This document shows positions 39,574 to 48,232 of a DNA stretch of 64,000 bases, piece by piece. The first letter of the stretch is position 1, and every line of letters begins with the position of its first letter. The notes below the pieces were generated by a model, which was not told where the DNA came from, ran no database searches, and saw only the letters and a list, made by a program, of their open reading frames with translations. The DNA is from Bdellovibrio sp. (lineage in GTDB: Bacteria > Bdellovibrionota > Bdellovibrionia > Bdellovibrionales > Bdellovibrionaceae): positions 187,356-251,355 of the forward strand of contig JAKFBS010000011.1 of assembly GCA_036677065.1 (NCBI GenBank), read 5' to 3'. Made by a program: the position numbers and the translations under genes.

Positions 39574-41919
39574 TTATTGCTCGAAGCTAGCAGCATTTTG
39601 CTGATAGCGACTTCTAATTTTATCAAAGTTTGATTTACCAGACGCCGTAGAAATTTCTGCGCGCACTTGATCTGACGCTAACTTACGCTTAATGGCCTGG
39701 TCTTGTTCATATTTACGAATGGTTGCATTGGCAGCTTGATCTGGTTTTTTACCGCCACTCAGCATATTGCCAAGGCTTGAGAAAAATCCAAATTTTGGTT
39801 TTTCTTTTTCTTCAACTTTACCTTTTTTTGCAGCTTCAGCATTTGAACCTGTCGCCACACCCGCTGCAGCACCGCCACCAGCAGAATCAGCAACAGCACT
39901 ACCCATTCCCAATGCTTCGCGAGCCGCTTCACTTAAGTTAGCACCTGGAGGAAGCTCTTCACCCGCTGGGTCTTTACTCATAGAGTTAAGAGAACCTAAA
40001 CCATTTTGACCAGCGCTTGCAAAAGCAGAAGCACCACCGTTATTACCAATTTTACCAATGTTAACACCTGATTTAGCTAACGAACCCATGCAACCATCTG
40101 CATTTGGATTAGCAGTACATTTACAAGTAATGCTTGTCGCATTGTTTGGCATACTACAGTATTCAGCTGTGGTCATAGTTGGACCAGCTAAACCCGAAGT
40201 TGATTTTCCGCCTGCACCATCACCACCAGCAGCAAGTTGTTTTTTACATGCTTGCGCATCTTGGAAGGCCGACAAAAATCCAAGGGCTGAAAGACCCATT
40301 ATAGCAATATCTGCTTTATGTTTTATACATTGAGCAATCGCCGTCGGAACTGATTTATCTGGATTTAATTCTTGGCTGAGAAGCTTTTCCAGCTCAGAAA
40401 GATCTCTATCAACGTTTTGACCAGTCAATTTTGCCGGTTCAATTTTGCTGGCGCCACACTTTAATGCCGCAGCTACGCTTGTTTTCATAGATTCAACTTT
40501 TTTCTTAGCTCCTGCACAACTGAAATCACAACGATATTTCATTGCTGTACAAGAACCTTGAGCTAATAACATACCACCCTGAGCAACTTTACTTAAATCA
40601 GAAGTTGTACCGCAAGCGTCAGAGGCAGCAGTTATTTTTGATAATACAGTGGCCCCCACTGACATTAATTTTTGTACGTTTTGTGCTTTTTCACTTCTAA
40701 CCATTGAACACAGTTTTTCAGCTTGTGCTGAGGTGTTAGAGCACGATTCTTTTTTTGTTTTTAATTCAGGCGCATCTTTTTCTACTTGTGCAAAGTTGGT
40801 ATCAATACAAGAAATAATTTGTTGTGGCGTTCCTGCATTACACTCGCCTTCCATTTTTGTATTATCTGTCGTCGTTCCGTAATTTTTAGCTCTTGTAGCT
40901 TCATTTTTTGTACAATCTGCTACGGCATCTGGGCCAATCTGTTTAATAGCCGCATTAAGCCTAGTTCTAAAAGTTTGAAGTTTTGTCATCAGTGCCTCGT
41001 CTTCAGCTTTTGATTTTGAATGACGAGCTTCGTATTCAGGATCTGTTTCTTCAGGTTTGGCAGGTTTATCTGCTTCTTCAGCAGCAGCTCCCGCTTTAGG
41101 ATCTTTAGCTGCTAACTGTTGCTTAGCTTGATCAATTTTAGGTTGTTCACCAGCTTTTAAAGTCTCTGCATCGCCAGGTTGTCCTTCACCTGTAGTATCT
41201 AGTTTCTGTTCGGCAGGGGCTTTTGCATCACCAGCGACTGCAGCAGTATCAGCAGTTACAGCAGGTTTCGCGGGACCCCAATCGTCCTTGCTACTGCTAC
41301 TACTATTTCCGCTAGAATTCGCGGCTTTTGGATCAGGACTAGTAGTCGAAGCCGTTGCTGATTCTGAACTTTCTTTACTAGCTTTTTCTTGCGCTGCTTT
41401 TTCTTCTTCGGCTTTAGTTTTGTTTCGTTTAAAATCTCTTGAGCTAATATCGTTAAAAAGTTTTAAGCCTTGCGATGCCTGTTTTAATGCTTGGGCTGAT
41501 CCGCCGCCACCACCACCACCAGCAGCTTTTTTTGCTTCTGCTTGTCTTGCGGCTTCTGCTGTTGCTTGCTGTTGTTTTACCGCAGCTTGATCAGCTTTAA
41601 ATGCAGTGTTTTCACAAAGTGCATTTACTTGGGCATCAACCGTAGTTTTTACTGAAGCTTCACTACACTCAGATTTAACTCCGCTAATGTATGAGCCTTC
41701 CGGTTGAACCGTTCTAATTAAACACTTTGGTTCAATTTCAGAAAGAATACGAGTTTTTGTCGCATCGTCGACGGAACACTTCGGCGAAGCTCCCATATGA
41801 AGCTTTTTAAAATACGCCACTAATACTTGGTCTACCCCGCCTGCAGCTTTCGCTGTAGGTGATAACATAAGTAATACACCAAGCGCGATACTCTTTATAA
41901 GAATATGATTTTTAGTCAC
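39574..41919 (-). CDS. Large secreted Cys-rich protein with low-complexity linkers
   Basis: GTG start after GGGGGA SD; signal peptide (AKA-A); paired Cys; hydrophobic helix IAIMGLSALGFLSAF; C-terminus ISTASGKSNFDKIRSRY. Confidence 0.75.
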   Translation of the reverse strand: MTKNHILIKSIALGVLLMLSPTAKAAGGVDQVLVAYFKKLHMGASPKCSVDDATKTRILSEIEPKCLIRTVQPEGSYISGVKSECSEASVKTTVDAQVNALCENTAFKADQAAVKQQQATAEAARQAEAKKAAGGGGGGGSAQALKQASQGLKLFNDISSRDFKRNKTKAEEEKAAQEKASKESSESATASTTSPDPKAANSSGNSSSSSKDDWGPAKPAVTADTAAVAGDAKAPAEQKLDTTGEGQPGDAETLKAGEQPKIDQAKQQLAAKDPKAGAAAEEADKPAKPEETDPEYEARHSKSKAEDEALMTKLQTFRTRLNAAIKQIGPDAVADCTKNEATRAKNYGTTTDNTKMEGECNAGTPQQIISCIDTNFAQVEKDAPELKTKKESCSNTSAQAEKLCSMVRSEKAQNVQKLMSVGATVLSKITAASDACGTTSDLSKVAQGGMLLAQGSCTAMKYRCDFSCAGAKKKVESMKTSVAAALKCGASKIEPAKLTGQNVDRDLSELEKLLSQELNPDKSVPTAIAQCIKHKADIAIMGLSALGFLSAFQDAQACKKQLAAGGDGAGGKSTSGLAGPTMTTAEYCSMPNNATSITCKCTANPNADGCMGSLAKSGVNIGKIGNNGGASAFASAGQNGLGSLNSMSKDPAGEELPPGANLSEAAREALGMGSAVADSAGGGAAAGVATGSNAEAAKKGKVEEKEKPKFGFFSSLGNMLSGGKKPDQAANATIRKYEQDQAIKRKLASDQVRAEISTASGKSNFDKIRSRYQQNAASFEQ

Positions 41920-41940
41920 AGTTCCCCCTGACTGATTTTA

Positions 41941-41968
41941 ATATCGGTACAAAAGTCTAGAAACTTGA
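41941..41968 (-). promoter_or_regulatory. Sigma28/FliA-like promoter upstream of the 781-aa secreted protein
   Basis: Minus strand TCAAG-N16-CCGATAT, about 20 nt before the start codon. Confidence 0.6.
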
Positions 41969-42046
41969 ATTTGTTGTGATCAGTTTTCAAACCTTAATCG
42001 TGGCAGAGTTGAGCGTCTTATTTTGAGAAAAATAAAAAAATAACTT

Positions 42047-44548
42047 TTAGAATTGCAGAAAATCTTCAGGCACCGGATTTTTAATCTGGCCGGTTGTGCC
42101 TTCGCCGCCTAGATTATTAAAGATTTTACCAGGGCGTAAAAGTTCGCTTGAAATCAGCTTTACTGAATAACCGGTACGACCACCGGTCACACAGTTTCCA
42201 GGCACCGGAGGAAGTGCTCCATCAATCTCGTAGGGGGCTTGAAAATTGTCTGTCCAGGGATTTAATGCCGTATCACCATCGCATGTGCCAAATAGCATAC
42301 TGTACTTTCCACCACCTGCATCAGGCGCTGGAAATGCGTCGTAACCCACACTCGATAAGTTTAAAAATGTCCAACCAGTTAATAACGAAGATGGTTTGGT
42401 TGCCAATACATCAAGTCCAAATTTTACGGCACTGTCTCCGCTGCCGAACAGACTAACAATATCGTTTGCGGCATTTTTGAAAAGATCATGGGTCACTTGC
42501 ATTTGATGTCGCACGCTAAAAATTGCCGGAATTCCCGCATAGTTCGAAGCGCCGCGATGACCATAGTCGAGTGGAAAAACCGGTACTTTTGAAATCCCCG
42601 CATTCGAAGCCATAGTTTGAATCACTGGAGGAGTTAACTTCGGAAAATAATTGGTAAAAAAATCAGGTTCAATCGAATAGTAAGTAGCATCAAATTGATT
42701 AGGTGACACGACAATCAGTTCAATATCGCGCATATAACTATTTTTTGGAGGACCATTTGGAGGGCTATCTCCAAGACTGCCGGGAACGTGTCTATCAACA
42801 GCTAATGGATCATAAGTTGGATCAGTGACATCACTAGCTAGGTGATACCAATGTTTATACATTGGCCATTGTTTGGATTTCTGAAATTCACCTTCTTTTG
42901 GTTCTCTAATTTTATTGCTCGAAGAAGGCGAATCTTGGCGTCCATATTTATTAGCTAGCAACGTATGATAAAGCCCGACGATTTTAGTATTTGCTAAACC
43001 GCCTTTATTTGCTGGGTCACGGTTTGGAGCATCGTTTGAATACGTATCGCCAACATGAGTTGAATAATTGAAAATAAATTCGCGGGCATCTTTTAAAGTA
43101 GGAGTTGCTGTAATACCTGATAAATTTCGGCGTGGCAAATTGAAATCCGTGCGATTTTCCCAGTCAGCACGACCTTTGTTATCATCAGTTCCAGAATCCC
43201 AGGTTTTAAAATACCAAGGACCGATGCTTCCCCCGAAAGGTTTTGCAAACGAAACTGCACTCAGCTTAATTTTTGCCAATGGTAAAAACGGAATCTTCGG
43301 TTCGCTGGTTGCTTTAACTCCGTAATAAACCTGGATCCACGGATTTTTTTCATAACCTAGAATATTTGATGCGTCCGAGTTTTGATTGAAAAGATTTTGA
43401 ATTGCAGCTACGCCAGCAGGATCCATAATACCGTTCAATTGACTTAAAATTCTTGCGTCAATATCGCCAGCAGCACCTTGATACAGTGATTTTAATTCAA
43501 TATTAAAATTTGAACTTACAAATTCGCAGTCGATCAGAAAAAAAAGTAACCGTTGAAAATTAATTTCTTTCATCATTGCTTCGGCAAAGCTACTGCCGCC
43601 ACCTAAACTTTTAACACCGTTCAATGCAGAGATTGAATTTCCTGTCATTGAAGTTAAATTAGCTTCTGTAAGATTATTTTTTAAAGTATTTTCTACACCA
43701 GTTAAAATACTTTTACCTTCGACATCTAACATTTTATTTTCAGGCTGCCCAAGATTTTTAGTTAACATGTAGATGAAGTTACGACGATTTTGCGTATCTT
43801 TGATATAATTACCGTAATACAAAGCCAACATTTGTGTCGTAATCGGACCTAATGAATTGCAAGTTTTCTTAATAATACTATTAGCTTTACCGATGGCTGC
43901 ATTCACCGACGCACCCATCGAGTTTCCGTAAATTGAACTAGTACCTACACCTGGAATTTCACTGATCGAAAATGCTTTCATTTGTTCGATAGCATTACAT
44001 TCAACTTTACAAAAAGTCTCGCGGTCGCCCTCTGCTGAAATCCAATCACCAAAACCGATATGGCCCAAACACATAAAAGGTACGTCGGTGATAGTTAAGC
44101 CATTAGAGTTAGGACCAGAGCCGCTGCAGGCAAAGCCTCGCGAAGCCGCATTGTACCGTGGGACAAAACTAGGCGACGGCCATTTCACTGGAAATTGAAT
44201 TTCTATCGGAGATAACCCCAATGGGGCGCGCCCATTATGTTCTAACCCAAAAGTTCCAAGCACACGATAACGCCAAGTCATTAACTTCCATGCCTGGCGA
44301 ATCTGAAAATTCACATGCGCCATCACATTCATGATTTCTGCTTGTTTCATCGCCCCGTAATAGGCAGCCAAGTCTGTCGATTGCTGTAAATTAATTTTAT
44401 GATGAACAACTAAACCCACGTTCACCAGCATCGCAAAAAACACAAAGACGACCTGAAAAATCAACGCCACAAAAATGCCAACTTGGCCTTTTTCATTTCG
44501 CATGGTTAATACGAATCGTTTTTTATGTGTTTTCTGCCCTTGATTCAT
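42047..44548 (-). CDS. Tad-domain (TadG-like) minor pilin / pilus tip protein with a large C-terminal region
   Basis: RNEKG|QVGIFVALIFQVVFVFFAMLVNVG...INLQQSTDLAAYYGA matches the Flp/Tad pseudopilin N-terminus; true start may be ATG 44503. Confidence 0.78.
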   Translation of the reverse strand: MNQGQKTHKKRFVLTMRNEKGQVGIFVALIFQVVFVFFAMLVNVGLVVHHKINLQQSTDLAAYYGAMKQAEIMNVMAHVNFQIRQAWKLMTWRYRVLGTFGLEHNGRAPLGLSPIEIQFPVKWPSPSFVPRYNAASRGFACSGSGPNSNGLTITDVPFMCLGHIGFGDWISAEGDRETFCKVECNAIEQMKAFSISEIPGVGTSSIYGNSMGASVNAAIGKANSIIKKTCNSLGPITTQMLALYYGNYIKDTQNRRNFIYMLTKNLGQPENKMLDVEGKSILTGVENTLKNNLTEANLTSMTGNSISALNGVKSLGGGSSFAEAMMKEINFQRLLFFLIDCEFVSSNFNIELKSLYQGAAGDIDARILSQLNGIMDPAGVAAIQNLFNQNSDASNILGYEKNPWIQVYYGVKATSEPKIPFLPLAKIKLSAVSFAKPFGGSIGPWYFKTWDSGTDDNKGRADWENRTDFNLPRRNLSGITATPTLKDAREFIFNYSTHVGDTYSNDAPNRDPANKGGLANTKIVGLYHTLLANKYGRQDSPSSSNKIREPKEGEFQKSKQWPMYKHWYHLASDVTDPTYDPLAVDRHVPGSLGDSPPNGPPKNSYMRDIELIVVSPNQFDATYYSIEPDFFTNYFPKLTPPVIQTMASNAGISKVPVFPLDYGHRGASNYAGIPAIFSVRHQMQVTHDLFKNAANDIVSLFGSGDSAVKFGLDVLATKPSSLLTGWTFLNLSSVGYDAFPAPDAGGGKYSMLFGTCDGDTALNPWTDNFQAPYEIDGALPPVPGNCVTGGRTGYSVKLISSELLRPGKIFNNLGGEGTTGQIKNPVPEDFLQF

Positions 44549-44697
44549 GAACTAAAAGCGTAACTGGTTTTCTCTATCGCGTCCAGTCCAGACCTAGGTC
44601 ATAATATTGCCGTGCCTTTGATAGCGAGATGATGTCAACAGTGAGACAATCATTTAGATTAGAGAGACGTTTTTATTAGAAGAAAGGTTCCTGTTTT

Positions 44698-45462
44698 ATG
44701 TTTATCCGCGCACTTTTAGTTATTTTGGTTCAAATCGCATTTTTAAATTTTTCGCAAGCCGAGGTTTTATTCGAAGGTTACTACAAAGTGACTCAGTTTA
44801 AAAAACATGTGGGTTTTTTCATTTTACGTAATGAAATGGATGCCAAAACTAAACAATTTAAAACTACAACATTTTTACGTTTAGGCAAAAACGGCTTTAA
44901 CATGACCGAATCACTGAATGCTGTTTCAACCACCGACTTTACCCCAGTTAGTTATTCTTATATGGCCATTGATGGCAGCAAAAGCAAAACGATCGACATG
45001 ACATTCAAAGGCGACACGATGTCAGGTTTAGTTTTAGATAACGGTGAAAAAGCTAAAATCTCTAAAAAAGTTCCAAAAGGAACATTCTTATCAAGTTCGC
45101 TTTACTACATGATGCTTAAGAGTAAAGAAGGCTTAAAAACAGGAACTAAATTTGAGTTTACTGCAGTAGCCGAAGAACTGGGTGATGTGACAAAAGGAAC
45201 TTCAAGCATCGAAAAAAAGATGGTCTCGCGCGGAATCCTACAGCTATTAAAGGCCAACAATTCCTTTGCGGGCATGGATTACGAAAACTACATCACAAAC
45301 CAAGGGCAAAATATTTCAGCGTTAACACCGGCAACAGGTATTGAAACAGAATTAATGAAAAATTCTGAAGAAGCTGTGCAAGGAGTTAAAGTTTCTGCTG
45401 GCACTTTAGAAAAAGTTTTTGGTAACATACCTAAAGGTAAAACTAACGTTTTAAACAACTAA
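44698..45462 (+). CDS. Secreted hypothetical protein, beta-rich
   Basis: Signal peptide (FSQA-E); 254 aa; directly upstream of nagZ. Confidence 0.65.
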   Translation: MFIRALLVILVQIAFLNFSQAEVLFEGYYKVTQFKKHVGFFILRNEMDAKTKQFKTTTFLRLGKNGFNMTESLNAVSTTDFTPVSYSYMAIDGSKSKTIDMTFKGDTMSGLVLDNGEKAKISKKVPKGTFLSSSLYYMMLKSKEGLKTGTKFEFTAVAEELGDVTKGTSSIEKKMVSRGILQLLKANNSFAGMDYENYITNQGQNISALTPATGIETELMKNSEEAVQGVKVSAGTLEKVFGNIPKGKTNVLNN

Positions 45463-45471
45463 GGCGACACA

Positions 45472-46605
45472 ATGAAATTAAATGAACTTATCGGCCAACA
45501 CATGTTGATTGGCGTTTCTGGATTAACTCTGACTGACTCTGAAAAAAGATTTATTGTTGAAAATAATATTTCAGGTGTTGTGTTATTCGCCCGCAATCTT
45601 TCTACGCCTGAACAAATCCGCGATCTTTGCGCTGAGATTCAATCACTACGTCACAAAATGGCTTCAAAAGCTCCGTTGTTTATCGGTATAGATATGGAAG
45701 GCGGACGTGTTCACCGTTTAAAACCTCCATTCACACAATGGCCTCCACTAAAATTAATTGGTGATTTAGATGCCCCGACCGTGGCTTTTCATTTCGCTCA
45801 CCGCATGGGTTTAGAAATGATGGCTGTAGGTATTAACTTAGATTTCGCTCCTTGCGTGGATGTATTCACGAATCCATTAAACACAGTCATTGGTGATCGC
45901 GCAGTTAGTACTGATCCTCACCAGGTTGAAAAAATGGCTTCTGCATTAGTGCGTGGTTATATCAAATCAGGCATTTTATCTTGCGCGAAACACTTTCCAG
46001 GTCACGGTCACACAGTGATCGATTCTCACGAAGAATTACCAGTTGAAGAAGCTGATTTAAAACGCCTGCATGAAGTTGAATTAGTTCCGTTTAAAAAAGC
46101 CTTACGCAGCCGTGTTGATATGGTGATGACTGGGCACATTTTATTTAAATCAGTCGATAAAGACTGGCCTGTCACTTTATCTGAATTCTTTCTTAAAAAA
46201 ATGCTGCGTGATGAATTAAAATACAAAGGTTTAGTGATCACAGACGATTTAGACATGAAAGCCATGGCTAAACATTACGATAAAGGTTTTATTCCAGTTC
46301 GCTCATTACAGGCAGGAGCTGATTTATTACTTTACTGTAATGAGCCAGAGTCTCCTCCGGTGGCGATTGAAACCATCATGAATGCCGTAGCCCAAGGTCA
46401 ACATTCTAAAGCTGAACTTGAGTACACGTTGAAACGCATTTTAGATGTGAAAAAAATCAAAATGTTAAACCCAGATCCAAAACCCATTGCTGAAGCGATG
46501 GAAGTCGTGGGTCACCCAGATCATCAATATCTGGCTGATTGTTTACGCAAACAAGTCATGCCCGAAGGTATGCTTGATGCTGGTAACGAGACCGAATTAG
46601 CTTAG
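45472..46605 (+). CDS. nagZ: Beta-N-acetylhexosaminidase (GH3)
   Basis: GVVLFARN, IDMEGGRV, KHFPGHG....DSH, MTGH, ITDDLDM. Confidence 0.92.
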   Translation: MKLNELIGQHMLIGVSGLTLTDSEKRFIVENNISGVVLFARNLSTPEQIRDLCAEIQSLRHKMASKAPLFIGIDMEGGRVHRLKPPFTQWPPLKLIGDLDAPTVAFHFAHRMGLEMMAVGINLDFAPCVDVFTNPLNTVIGDRAVSTDPHQVEKMASALVRGYIKSGILSCAKHFPGHGHTVIDSHEELPVEEADLKRLHEVELVPFKKALRSRVDMVMTGHILFKSVDKDWPVTLSEFFLKKMLRDELKYKGLVITDDLDMKAMAKHYDKGFIPVRSLQAGADLLLYCNEPESPPVAIETIMNAVAQGQHSKAELEYTLKRILDVKKIKMLNPDPKPIAEAMEVVGHPDHQYLADCLRKQVMPEGMLDAGNETELA

Positions 46606-46693
46606 GCTCGGCGCCCCCAGCTGACAAAAGGTAACACACCCCTGTAAATAGTTCTCGAAGTGCCAGTTCAAGCCGAATCCATTGGTTTAAAAC

Positions 46694-46709
46694 TGGCGCA
46701 AAACTTGTA
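46694..46709 (+). promoter_or_regulatory. Sigma54-like promoter (-12 TTGTA variant) upstream of the TonB-family gene
   Basis: TGGCGCAAAACTTGTA, 39 nt before ATG 46749. Confidence 0.55.
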
Positions 46710-46748
46710 TCAACCTGTTTGAATTCTTTTATTTCTCAGGGGTGATTT

Positions 46749-47957
46749 ATGTCAGGGACTTACGATTATTATTTCGACGATTCAAGTTATCGTAATCAAG
46801 ATTCTTCAAAATATTTTGGAATGTCAGTTATCATCCATATAGCCTTAGCTATCGGCGCATTATTTGTGACAGTTCCGGTAATGGAAAAACTAAAATCAGA
46901 ACCCATTATTGTCGAATTCGAAGCCATTCAAGAATTGCCTCCAATTCCAGTAAAACCAATCCAACCAGAAATCGTCAAAGGCGAAAAAGTAAAACCAACC
47001 CGTGGTGGAAAAATCGCACATTCACCGGCGCCATCGGCACCGTTAAATGCCAAAGATGATGTGATCGTTAAAGGCCCTGCGAAAACGTCAAAAGTTTCAA
47101 AAGCAAAAATCGCGACAGTTAAAACTAAAACTTCTGGCGGCTTAGCAAAAGCTGCGACCTATGCTCCATCGCGCGCCGGTGTTCCCGAAACGTTAGAAGA
47201 CATTCCAGCTCCAAAATTAGATTTCGATGGCGTTGCCGCAGAACAAACCGGAAATCTAGGTGATGATGAATTCGAAAATGAATTTAAAAACATTGATCAC
47301 GCCAATGAAGCTTCAATCCGCGCTGAAAAAGCACGTATGGATAACGAAGCTCGATTAATCGGTGATCAACAAGATCAATCGTTAAAAGCTTTAGAAGATA
47401 AAATCGCAGCTGATGCGCGTGTAATGAATGATGATCTGATGGCAACGCGCACGAAAAATGCGGCAGCTGTGGCGCGCTTAAAGGCGTCTGAAAACGCAGC
47501 TCTGGCAGAACGTGCTGCTCGCGAAAAAGCTGAAGCCCTAGCAGCAGCTTCGCGCGCTCGTGGCACTGGTGATGCAGGCGCAGGCCGTGGATCAAGTGGC
47601 GCCAATGCAGACGCAAAAGCCGCAGCCGGAGCCCCAACAGGAGTTCGTTCAATTGACCAACTTCGCCAAATTCCAGGAAACCCAAAACCAAGTTATTCGA
47701 TGGAAGAACGTTTGAACCGCCAACAAGGTCGGGTCATCTTTCAAGCTTATGTAACTAAAGACGGCGGCTTAACAAGTTTTCGCTTGTTAACTTCAACTGG
47801 TTACAAAAATTTAGATGGTAAAACTTTGGGAGCCCTTAAAAAATGGAGATTCTATCCGGGCCAACAAGGTTGGGTCGAGATCCCACAAATCTGGACATTA
47901 AAAGGTGATGTTGAACAAATGCCTGCAACACTACGCCGAAAACAATCGTTCAGATAA
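46749..47957 (+). CDS. TonB/TolA-family energy transducer
   Basis: TM helix with SxxxH (SVIIHIAL), Pro/Lys/Ala-rich linker, TonB_C-like end (PSYS...QQGRV...SFRLLTSTGYKNLD..LGALKKWRFYP). Confidence 0.82.
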   Translation: MSGTYDYYFDDSSYRNQDSSKYFGMSVIIHIALAIGALFVTVPVMEKLKSEPIIVEFEAIQELPPIPVKPIQPEIVKGEKVKPTRGGKIAHSPAPSAPLNAKDDVIVKGPAKTSKVSKAKIATVKTKTSGGLAKAATYAPSRAGVPETLEDIPAPKLDFDGVAAEQTGNLGDDEFENEFKNIDHANEASIRAEKARMDNEARLIGDQQDQSLKALEDKIAADARVMNDDLMATRTKNAAAVARLKASENAALAERAAREKAEALAAASRARGTGDAGAGRGSSGANADAKAAAGAPTGVRSIDQLRQIPGNPKPSYSMEERLNRQQGRVIFQAYVTKDGGLTSFRLLTSTGYKNLDGKTLGALKKWRFYPGQQGWVEIPQIWTLKGDVEQMPATLRRKQSFR

Positions 47958-47978
47958 TTAAATTCAAACAGCACAAAC

Positions 47979-48012
47979 AAAAAAAGCCGAATTAAATATT
48001 CGGCTTTTTTTT
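47979..48012. terminator. Bidirectional intrinsic terminator between the tonB-like gene and the convergent small ORF
   Basis: AAAAAAA-GCCGAAT-taaat-ATTCGGC-TTTTTTTT. Confidence 0.88.
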
Positions 48013-48054
48013 ATTTTAGAGAACGAAAAGTTCTAGAAAGAACTTCGGAGAAAA

Positions 48055-48183
48055 TTAATCGCCGAATAATTCTTTTTTAGCTTTAGTAGAACCTTTTGTC
48101 TTGATGCTAGCTTTTCTTTTTTTGCCAGCAGACGATTTTTTACGTTCACGGATGAACTCAAGTTTTTTTGTTTTTGAAGCCAT
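48055..48183 (-). CDS. 42-aa highly basic small protein MASKTKKLEFIRERKKSSAGKKRKASIKTKGSTKAKKELFGD (not in ORF track)
   Basis: ATG 48183 after AAGGTAGG SD; TAA at 48057-48055; codons like highly expressed genes (GCT, AAA, CGT); followed by a terminator. Confidence 0.75.
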   Translation of the reverse strand: MASKTKKLEFIRERKKSSAGKKRKASIKTKGSTKAKKELFGD

Positions 48184-48232
48184 GTAATCCTACCTTGTTA
48201 ATTAAATAAGCAAATTTAGAGAAATAGGATTA

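Noticed and set aside
41500..41590. CCG/CCA and GCT-rich repeats
   Set aside because: They encode poly-Gly and Ala/Gln linkers of the 781-aa protein; not a CRISPR array or contingency locus.
44634..44647. GTCAAC-AG-TGAGAC upstream of the Tad gene as a further palindrome copy
   Set aside because: Only one good half-site and the spacer is 1 nt short, so it was not counted.
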